Virus record (IMG/VR): IMGVR_UViG_3300036719_001118
Span: 1-24,574 of that record
Reading direction: 5' to 3' (one strand)
Origin: a virus
Taxonomy: Duplodnaviria; Caudoviricetes
DNA: 24,574 bases
Both the position numbers and the translations under genes were made by a program. This document shows positions 1 to 7,551 of this stretch, one piece after another. A model generated the notes under the pieces. It searched no databases and had not been told where the DNA came from. It saw only the letters and a program-made list of their open reading frames with translations. How positions within the stretch are numbered: position 1 is the first letter of the stretch; each line of letters opens with the position of its first letter.

Positions 1-2
1 CA

Positions 3-248
3 CAGTCGCCGGCCGCTTCGGCCACGGATCTGGTGGCAGCCGCACGTCAGGCGGTGCAAAGGACGAACAGCGTTGAACTGCTGGCCGCCCTACGCGATCG
101 CGTGAACCAGCGGCACTCCGAAGGGACATTTGCCGACCAGCAGCGGGACGAGTTGGTGCACCTGATCGACACAAAGTGCGAGTGGCTGGAAGGTGACACC
201 GGCACAGAGTTTCCGCACGAAGCCGCAGAGCATGAGGTGCGTGCATGA
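3..248 (+). CDS. Hypothetical protein, C-terminal part (5' truncated by window edge)
   Basis: Frame is open from position 3 through the GTG at 33; stop overlaps next ATG (ATGA at 245-248). Confidence 0.6.
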   Translation, partial: QSPAASATDLVAAARQAVQRTNSVELLAALRDRVNQRHSEGTFADQQRDELVHLIDTKCEWLEGDTGTEFPHEAAEHEVRA

Positions 249-439
249 GCCAGACCGACGTGGTGTACCTGGCCGAAGAGATCCGCAACCGCTGCCTGCA
301 TCTGCAACTGTGGCTGACAGACGAGGCAGGCAAACGCCTTGCCGCTGCGGCGTGCACGTTGTCGGAGCAGTTGCTGGCGGAAATGCGTGGCGCTGCGCCA
401 ATGCCTGAAACCAAGCCGGGGAACTGGACAGGAGACTGA
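245..439 (+). CDS. Hypothetical protein (64 aa, helical)
   Basis: ATGA coupling with upstream gene, GAGGT upstream. Confidence 0.65.
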   Translation: MSQTDVVYLAEEIRNRCLHLQLWLTDEAGKRLAAAACTLSEQLLAEMRGAAPMPETKPGNWTGD

Positions 440-449
440 TCTTTGCGAC

Positions 450-585
450 CGGCACGCGATTGCCGCAGCGGCTTTGTCATCGGAGCCGCGTTCGCCAGCC
501 AGCCGGCAGTGCTGACAAACACCGGCAGTTGAAGCGGCTGTCATTCTCCAGCCGTGATTCAATCGGATGCCGCACGACACGCGGC
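450..585 (+). ncRNA. Putative structured RNA / cis-regulatory leader (five hairpins)
   Basis: Stems 450-454/461-465, 468-473/484-489, 502-506/522-526, 529-540/549-562, 569-573/581-585 fill the longest intergenic gap of the early region. Confidence 0.45.
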
Positions 586-606
586 CAATACACGGAAAGG
601 AATCCC

Positions 607-930
607 ATGAGCGACTACTACGCACAGGCCGTTGACTACGGCCCGCTGTTCGCAGAGCGAGCCCCGAGCGTCAACGGCTCAATCACGTCGGCCCAGGCCG
701 CCGATTCGCTCGGGCCGGCGACGCTCAACGCGCTCCAGCGGAAGGTGCTCGATCTGCTCAAGGCCACGCCTGACGGGCTGACTGACGAAGAGCAGCAGCG
801 GCTGCTGGAGATGAACCCCAGCACGCAGCGGCCACGGCGGATTGAACTTGCACGGCGTGGTCTTGTGGTGACGTGCGGCACCAGGCGGACGGCGTCCGGA
901 CGGAATGCGGATGTTTGGAAAGCAATTTGA
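607..930 (+). CDS. Winged-helix DNA-binding protein
   Basis: LQRKVLDLLKATPDGLTDEE...STQRPRRIELARRGLV...RTASGRNADVW is a typical phage wHTH pattern; AAAGGA RBS before ATG 607. Confidence 0.75.
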   Translation: MSDYYAQAVDYGPLFAERAPSVNGSITSAQAADSLGPATLNALQRKVLDLLKATPDGLTDEEQQRLLEMNPSTQRPRRIELARRGLVVTCGTRRTASGRNADVWKAI

Positions 931-944
931 AAGGAGTCTGTGCA

Positions 945-2363
945 ATGACTGCGACTGCGACTGCGACTGAACTGAAAAACCATCCTGCGGCCGATGCGTT
1001 CCCGATGATGGACGACGGCCGGTACGGCGAACTGCTGGCGGATGTGCGGCACAATGGGCAAGTCATGCCCATCACAGTCTGCGACGGCATGATCCTCGAT
1101 GGGCGCAACCGCTACCGCGCGTGCGTCGAGTTGGGGATTGAGCCAGAGACTCGCGAATACAGCGGCGACCCGTGGGCCTACGCTTGGTCTATGAACGGGG
1201 CTCGGCGCGACCTCGAAGCCACCGTCCGCGCGTTGATCTTCAAGCGGTGTGAAGACGGGTCGGCGAAGCGTGCTGCGAAGATTGCTGAGGAAGGCAACAG
1301 GAAGAAATCAGAAGCGGCTGCGGCAGGAAAGGTCGGCCGTGCAGCAGCAAAATCTAAGAGTTCAGACGCATCTCACGATGATGTGCGTCTAAAAAAGAGC
1401 GGAAAGAACGTCGCGCTGCCGGCTCGCGCCGCCGAAGCTAAGGTATCGCCGGCCACGATGGCCCGCGCTGACCAAATCGCAAAGCGGCCAGACCTTGAGA
1501 AGAAGGTTGTGGCCGGAAAGATGAAGCCCGCCGAGGCGCTACGCGAGATCCGCAGCACGAAGCGCCGCCAGGAGCTTGACGAGGCTGCTGCCAAGGCTGC
1601 GGCCGAGCGTCACAAGTCGGATCGCCCGAAGTGGTCGATTATCAACGGCGACGTGATCCAAGGGCTTGAGTCTGTCCGCGATGAGCACGGCCCGGCGCGG
1701 CTCATCTTTACCGACCCTCCATACAACATCGGCATCGACTACGGCGACGGCGAGCAAGCCGACCGGCTGTCTGACTCCGCCTACATGAAGTGGGTGCGGC
1801 AGTGGTTCGCCCTGTGCTGGGACTGCCTGACCGATGACGGCTCGCTGTGGGTGATGATTGGCGACGAGTACGCCGCTGAGTACGCCGTCGAACTCAAGGC
1901 CACGGGGTACACGGTTCGCTCGTGGATCAAGTGGTACGAGACGTTCGGCGTGAACTGCTCGAACAAGTTCAACCGTACCAGTCGGCACATTTTCTATGCC
2001 GTCAAAGACCCTGCGGCGTTCGTCTTCAATCCCGAGGCAGTGACTCGCCCCAGCGACAGGCAGGCCAAGTACGGCGATAGCCGCGCGTCAGCGGGCGGGA
2101 AGATTTGGGATGACGTGTGGCAGATCCCACGGCTGACCGGCACCTGTTCCGAGCGGATACCCGACTTCCCGACGCAGCTGCCGTTGGCCCTGGTCGAACC
2201 GATCGTGCTTTGCGCCTCAATGCCCGGCGATCTTGTAGTTGATCCGTTCAACGGCAGCGGAACTACAGGAGTGGCTTCGGTTCGGAACGCACGCAAGTAC
2301 GTCGGAATTGAGAAGAGCGAAGCGTTTGCAGACATGGCAAGCAAGAGGATCACAGCGTCATGA
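945..2363 (+). CDS. ParB-like N-terminal domain fused to beta-class N4-C/N6-A DNA methyltransferase
   Basis: N-term HPAADAFPMM...ILDGRNRYRAC (ParB/Srx-like); catalytic TDPPY precedes SAM-binding DPFNGSGTT; AAGGAG RBS before ATG 945. Confidence 0.9.
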   Translation: MTATATATELKNHPAADAFPMMDDGRYGELLADVRHNGQVMPITVCDGMILDGRNRYRACVELGIEPETREYSGDPWAYAWSMNGARRDLEATVRALIFKRCEDGSAKRAAKIAEEGNRKKSEAAAAGKVGRAAAKSKSSDASHDDVRLKKSGKNVALPARAAEAKVSPATMARADQIAKRPDLEKKVVAGKMKPAEALREIRSTKRRQELDEAAAKAAAERHKSDRPKWSIINGDVIQGLESVRDEHGPARLIFTDPPYNIGIDYGDGEQADRLSDSAYMKWVRQWFALCWDCLTDDGSLWVMIGDEYAAEYAVELKATGYTVRSWIKWYETFGVNCSNKFNRTSRHIFYAVKDPAAFVFNPEAVTRPSDRQAKYGDSRASAGGKIWDDVWQIPRLTGTCSERIPDFPTQLPLALVEPIVLCASMPGDLVVDPFNGSGTTGVASVRNARKYVGIEKSEAFADMASKRITAS

Positions 2364-2803
2364 CAGAGAACGACCTTCATCTGTGCTGCGCAATCCACAG
2401 GGCGAATCTTGGTGGCGGCGACAGGCCAACTAAGGACCAGCGCGAACGCGCTGCAATTTCAGTTGTCATTGAATGGATCGACCTGACTGGTGACTCATTT
2501 TTTCCGTTCACGATTGATCAGATCGCGCAATGGAGCATCAGTCTTCGTAAGTCCAAAGAAATGCAAATGAAGGTCGAGATTGCTCTGGCGCACGGAACCG
2601 ATTGCTACTTCAAGCATCGCGGAAAGGGACCATGCTCGGACGAGGTCGAGGCAGGACATGTTTGGCAGCGGTGCAAGGGAGGCCCGCTGACTGTTGAGAA
2701 CGGGCAGATTGAGTGCCGCGCCCACAACAATCAGCGGCGAGAGATGTCCATTGAGGACTACTTGAGGAGCGACCTGACAACGGAGGCCACGGATGGCCGG
2801 TGA
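2360..2803 (+). CDS. HNH endonuclease-like protein
   Basis: EAGHVWQRCKGGPLTVENGQIECRAHNNQR resembles HNH core (H..P...GG....N....C..HN); ATGA coupled to MTase. Confidence 0.65.
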   Translation: MTENDLHLCCAIHRANLGGGDRPTKDQRERAAISVVIEWIDLTGDSFFPFTIDQIAQWSISLRKSKEMQMKVEIALAHGTDCYFKHRGKGPCSDEVEAGHVWQRCKGGPLTVENGQIECRAHNNQRREMSIEDYLRSDLTTEATDGR

Positions 2804-3641
2804 ATGGATTCCCCTTGACTGCAACCTCGGGACAAAGCCCGAGGTGCTCGAGCTGGTGGACGAAACCGGACTGCCTGTTGAGGTGGTCTGCTGGCGTCTC
2901 ATCCAGTTGTGGTCATGGGCCTCCATGAACACCGCAGACGGCACAATCCGTGCGACCGCGTCACGGATCGCGACGGCCTGCGGCGGTGACGAGGCGTTTT
3001 GGCTGGCTGTGGCTCGCGTGGGCTGGCTCCGTTTTGACGGGCCGCACGCGACTATTGAGGGCTGGGAAAAGCGGTTTTCCCGTGCTGCCAAGGCTCGCAT
3101 GGAAGACGCACGCCGGAAGGCTGCTGACAGGGCTGTCCGGCGTTTGTCCAGCGGTGCGTCCGAAATCTGTCCAGAAAAAACCGGACTAGAGGAGAGGACA
3201 ATACAAGACAGGAGAGAAGAGAAGAAAGACATACCGGCTGCGCCGGTTCCCACGAGCGATCCGGCAAAGCCGTCACGCTCGCGGGCGAAGTCTGCCATCT
3301 CGTGGAATGCTGACGCAGGGTGGCAGGGCATCACCGACGCCGACCGGCAGGAGTGGGCCGCCGCCTACCCCGGTGCCGTGATCGACCAGGAGCTCGCCAA
3401 GGCGACCGCCTGGCTTAAGGCGAACCCGACCCGTGCCGGCAGACGCAACTGGCGACGCTTCGTCGTGGGCTGGCTGCAACGCTGCCAGGACAAGGGCGGC
3501 ACGCACCGCGAGCCTGGCCGGCGGCCAGACGAGAAGCCGCCGCCACAGGTCTGGCGTGACCAGTACCGCCCTGCGCCGTACCGCCGGCCCAAGGAGGTCG
3601 AGGAGCTTGCGGCGGCACTCAAACTCAAGGACGAGCAATGA
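2793..3641 (+). CDS. Phage replication initiator / replisome organizer
   Basis: N-term MAGEWIPLD..L.TKPEV and C-term ELAKATAWLKANPTRAGRRNWRRFVVGWLQRCQDKGG resemble lambdoid-type initiator domains; low-complexity linker. Confidence 0.7.
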   Translation: MAGEWIPLDCNLGTKPEVLELVDETGLPVEVVCWRLIQLWSWASMNTADGTIRATASRIATACGGDEAFWLAVARVGWLRFDGPHATIEGWEKRFSRAAKARMEDARRKAADRAVRRLSSGASEICPEKTGLEERTIQDRREEKKDIPAAPVPTSDPAKPSRSRAKSAISWNADAGWQGITDADRQEWAAAYPGAVIDQELAKATAWLKANPTRAGRRNWRRFVVGWLQRCQDKGGTHREPGRRPDEKPPPQVWRDQYRPAPYRRPKEVEELAAALKLKDEQ

Positions 3642-3859
3642 CACAAGAAACACGCCAAGCACTGACGCCACGCCAGCAGGAAGCCTTTGATTTCATCAAG
3701 GCGAACGCCTGCCTGTACGGGCCAACCGTCCGCGAGATAGCCGCTGGGCTATCGATCAAGCACCACAACGCTGCGGCACGTCACATCGAGCAGCTGGAGG
3801 CCAAGGGCTACATCAAGCGCATCCCAGGAAAAGCACGTGGTATTGAGGTGATCGCATGA
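3638..3859 (+). CDS. LexA-type DNA-binding (wHTH) domain protein lacking the S24 peptidase domain
   Basis: LTPRQQEAFDFIK...GPTVREIAAGL...HIEQLEAKGYIKRIPGKARGIEV matches LexA N-terminal domain; protein ends at 73 aa. Confidence 0.85.
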   Translation: MTQETRQALTPRQQEAFDFIKANACLYGPTVREIAAGLSIKHHNAAARHIEQLEAKGYIKRIPGKARGIEVIA

Positions 3860-4050
3860 CAAACGACAACCCGTACGAACTACCGGCCCCTTCCGTTGTT
3901 GCCGACCTGTGTGCTCAGCGTGCGTGGGATGACCACGTGGATGATGACACGCGGGTGCGGCTGGAGTTTGCTGCCGACACCATACGCCTGCTGATGAAGC
4001 GTTGCGTGGAGTTGGCCGGTTTGTTTGAGCGATTGGAGGCGGAACTGTGA
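3856..4050 (+). CDS. Hypothetical protein (64 aa)
   Basis: ATGA coupling, GAGGTG RBS. Confidence 0.65.
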   Translation: MTNDNPYELPAPSVVADLCAQRAWDDHVDDDTRVRLEFAADTIRLLMKRCVELAGLFERLEAEL

Positions 4051-4331
4051 GCCTCGAGCAGATCACCGCCGTGTGCATCGGCATGACGTTCAACGCCTGC
4101 ACTTTCGTGCTTGGCGTGTTGGTTGGTTGTTCTCTACGAAAGCGAAAGGATTCCCATGAGCACAGCGACGAAGGAGCGAAAAAAGACCAAGGCTGGTGGC
4201 ATCACGTTGAGCGCCGCCACGTTGAAACAGGCACTGGCTCAGGTGAGCGCAGCGGTTCCCAGCAGGCACGCCAAGTTGATCCTGGCGAACGTCCTGCTAT
4301 CGGACGGCGTGTTGACCGGCACCGACCTTGA
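4047..4331 (+). CDS. Putative small membrane protein, overlapping the clamp gene
   Basis: GTGA coupling, GGAGG RBS, hydrophobic N-terminal segment followed by RKRK; 3' 176 nt overlap the next gene. Confidence 0.4.
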   Translation: MSLEQITAVCIGMTFNACTFVLGVLVGCSLRKRKDSHEHSDEGAKKDQGWWHHVERRHVETGTGSGERSGSQQARQVDPGERPAIGRRVDRHRP

Positions 4332-5271
4332 GGTGCGGATCGACGCGGAGATTGACTACCACGGCCCTGCAATGCTGCTGCCGCATGGCAGGCTGTCGGC
4401 AATCCTGTCGGCCGCTGGTGGCGACGAAGTCACACTGACGCAGGAAGACAGCAAGTGCACTGTGTCCTGCGGCAACGGAACGTGGACGCTGCCAACGGAA
4501 GATGCTGCCGAGTATCCGACGTGGTGCGTGACTGGCGGAAAGCCTGTGTGCCGGCTGCCTGCTGACCAGTTCTGCCGTGCTGTTGCTGGCGTGGTCTACG
4601 CCTGCGATGAGGAAAGCAGTCGTTACGCACTGGGCGGTGTGTGCCTGGATGTGCATGGAGGCACGGTTACGCTGGTGGCCACGGACGGCCGCCGGCTTTC
4701 TTCTGTTGAGTGTGAGGTTGACCAGGCTGTTGATGACGGCCAGACGCTGGTGCCGGCCCGTGCACTGGGAGTCATGCAGCGACTGGCAGCCGGCAGCGAA
4801 AGCGCCGTGCAGCTGGAGGCCAGCGGCACTGAGTGCGTGATGACCGTGGATGGAATTACGGTCACGGCACGTCTGCTTGAAGGCAAGTTCCCGAAGTGGC
4901 GGGACGTGATCCCCACCCGTGACGCCAAGTGCACCACGGTGACCAGCAGCGAATTGCTGTCCGCCACCAGGGCGGCGGCAATCGTGACAACGGAAGATTC
5001 ACGCGGCGTGCAGTTCGCATTCAACGGCGAAGGCATCTGGCTGCACGGGCAGTCGGCCGTTGCCGGCGAGTCATCCGTGACGTGCCCGGTTGTCGAGTCG
5101 GGCCAGGCGTGCAGCGTCAAGCTAGATCCCGTGTACGTTAGGAACTGGCTGACGGGCCTGCCAGCAGACGGCGAGCCTGTGGTGAGCGTTGAGGCCGTGG
5201 ACCGATCCAGCGCCGTCGTGTTCCGGTGCGGCGAGTACACCGGCGTCGTGATGCCGCTGGCACTTGACTGA
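4156..5271 (+). CDS. dnaN: DNA polymerase III beta subunit (sliding clamp) homolog
   Basis: GTDLEVRI, SSRYALGGV, LVATDGRRL, RLLEGKFPKWRDVIP, C-terminal VVMPL; AAAGGA RBS before ATG 4156. Confidence 0.93.
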   Translation: MSTATKERKKTKAGGITLSAATLKQALAQVSAAVPSRHAKLILANVLLSDGVLTGTDLEVRIDAEIDYHGPAMLLPHGRLSAILSAAGGDEVTLTQEDSKCTVSCGNGTWTLPTEDAAEYPTWCVTGGKPVCRLPADQFCRAVAGVVYACDEESSRYALGGVCLDVHGGTVTLVATDGRRLSSVECEVDQAVDDGQTLVPARALGVMQRLAAGSESAVQLEASGTECVMTVDGITVTARLLEGKFPKWRDVIPTRDAKCTTVTSSELLSATRAAAIVTTEDSRGVQFAFNGEGIWLHGQSAVAGESSVTCPVVESGQACSVKLDPVYVRNWLTGLPADGEPVVSVEAVDRSSAVVFRCGEYTGVVMPLALD

Positions 5272-5282
5272 GTACATACGGT
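5264..5282 (+). promoter_or_regulatory. Putative promoter, TTGAC-N8-TACGGT
   Basis: Same spacing recurs at 7527, 14683, 21067, each at a gene boundary. Confidence 0.45.
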
Positions 5283-5317
5283 GGCTGTGGGTTTCATCAC
5301 CAAGGAGGGCATAGCCC

Positions 5318-5623
5318 ATGCGGTCGATTCTGTTAGCAGTTCTGGTTTGTCTTTCTTTCATCAGTGCCGCCTATGCGGAGCGGTACCACAGCCGCACGGT
5401 AGTGCGTACCACGGCACAGCAGGATGCTGACGATATGGCACGCACCGGCCGCTTTGGGCATCGCGGGTGCTGCGGTTGTCGTGAAGGCATTGGCATGGGC
5501 AGCACGCCCGAGGATGCTTTGGCGCGCTGTTGCTACAACGACGGCCGCTACGTGATCCGTGAGCGTGCCGTTGCTCGAGGTGCCAACGGTCGGTGGTATG
5601 CGGTCATTCGTTACGCCAACTGA
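5318..5623 (+). CDS. Small secreted Cys-rich protein, possibly a minimal CAP/SCP-like fold
   Basis: Signal peptide MRSILLAVLVCLSFISAAYA; AQQDADDMARTGRFGH...EGIGMG...VARGANGRWYAV echoes CAP-domain motifs. Confidence 0.6.
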   Translation: MRSILLAVLVCLSFISAAYAERYHSRTVVRTTAQQDADDMARTGRFGHRGCCGCREGIGMGSTPEDALARCCYNDGRYVIRERAVARGANGRWYAVIRYAN

Positions 5624-5828
5624 TGCCGAGCCAAACCGGTGGCGGTGGATTCCCATTGCGGAAACACCGCCGCCGGAAGGCCGGATCATCATCTGCCGAG
5701 ACATCAACGGCAACAAATACGTGGACATGATTTCGTACGTGCCAGACGATCCGGCAGGGCTTCCGCCTCTGCCGACGCTCAAGCACGTGACACATTGGAT
5801 GTTGGCACCAGAGGGACCACATGGCTGA
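5598..5828 (+). CDS. DUF551-like phage protein
   Basis: WIPIAETPP...VTHWMLAPEGP signature; start uncertain (ATG 5598 or GTG 5559). Confidence 0.7.
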   Translation: MRSFVTPTDAEPNRWRWIPIAETPPPEGRIIICRDINGNKYVDMISYVPDDPAGLPPLPTLKHVTHWMLAPEGPHG

Positions 5829-6108
5829 TCGCGTCTGTATCGTTGGGCATCGAAAGCGCACTGTGGATCGTGAGTTGCTCAAGCAGTTGTGGTTCGATGA
5901 GTCGCTGACGATCGTGCAAATTTCCGTACGCCTGCACTGCTCAAGCCCCACGATCTACAGCGTGGCCAAAGAAATGGGATTGCCGAACCGCAGGTGCCTG
6001 ATGGGCCGGGAGTGTTTCTTTCCGGTGACAGACCCGACACCTGAAGAAATTGCCCAGCGTGCGGCTGAACAGCGGGCGCTTCGCGGGCCTGGGTGGGTCA
6101 TGAAATGA
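5821..6108 (+). CDS. HTH protein with C-terminal DPTPEEIA motif
   Basis: LLKQLWFDESLTIVQISVRLHCSSPTIYSVAKEMGLPNR HTH-like; similar architecture to 9354-9731. Confidence 0.7.
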   Translation: MADRVCIVGHRKRTVDRELLKQLWFDESLTIVQISVRLHCSSPTIYSVAKEMGLPNRRCLMGRECFFPVTDPTPEEIAQRAAEQRALRGPGWVMK

Positions 6109-6154
6109 GAACGGCTGCGATCAGCGGCCCGTCCGCTGCATCGCTTGGTTCTCA
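6106..6154 (-). other. attC-like recombination hairpin (49 bp)
   Basis: Minus strand reads TGAGAAC-CAAGC-GATGCAGC-GG-ACGGG-CC-GCTGATC-GCAGCC-GTTCTCA: AAC, 5 nt, 8-nt L'' with one extra base, 7-nt L', 6 nt, GTT. Confidence 0.6.
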
Positions 6155-6166
6155 TGAATAAGCGAC

Positions 6167-6406
6167 ATGAAATACGACGCACTTATCGCGAACCTTCGCT
6201 GCCAGTACGAACGCTATCGCGGCAGCGGAACTCGCATGGAACAAATGCTGAAGGATGCTGGTGCTGCACTAGCGAAGGCGAGGCTTACCGACGATGAACG
6301 TGAGGCGATTTCAGAAGCGGTCGGAGCGTACAACGACAACGACGACGACGAGGAATGTGCGAAGATCGCAGCCACGCTTCACGGCCTACTGAAGCGGCTA
6401 GGCTGA
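6167..6406 (+). CDS. Hypothetical protein (79 aa), putative cassette cargo
   Basis: Only compact ORF between the two TGAGAAC sites; stop codon lies in the second TGAGAAC. Confidence 0.7.
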   Translation: MKYDALIANLRCQYERYRGSGTRMEQMLKDAGAALAKARLTDDEREAISEAVGAYNDNDDDEECAKIAATLHGLLKRLG

Positions 6407-6453
6407 GAACCACTGTTTATACGTCACCGTTAGCGCTCACCGTGTCGTATAAC
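6404..6453 (-). other. attI-like site
   Basis: Minus strand GTATAAA-CAGTG-GTTCTCA (7-5-7 simple-site spacing) plus an upstream GTTATAC repeat; TTATACG/CGTATAA inverted repeat at 6417-6423/6446-6452. Confidence 0.4.
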
Positions 6454-6516
6454 GCGCCGAGAATTCACGCCGGGCGGCCGAGAAACAGCACGGCCCGCGA
6501 TTAACACGCAAGATAA

Positions 6517-7545
<1,029 letters not shown>

Positions 7546-7551
7546 CCGGCC

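Noticed and set aside
460-606. N-terminal extension of the wHTH ORF from TTG 460
   Set aside because: Strong RBS precedes ATG 607 and the upstream stretch is better explained as structured non-coding sequence
947-969. GACTGC tandem repeat (about 3.8 copies) at MTase start
   Set aside because: Hexamer unit keeps frame (TATATAT); no phase-variation potential
2495-3334. 279-aa minus-strand ORF and other long minus-strand ORFs (4623-5312, 18289-18966, 21126-21887)
   Set aside because: Lie wholly opposite well-supported + strand genes; expected in high-GC DNA
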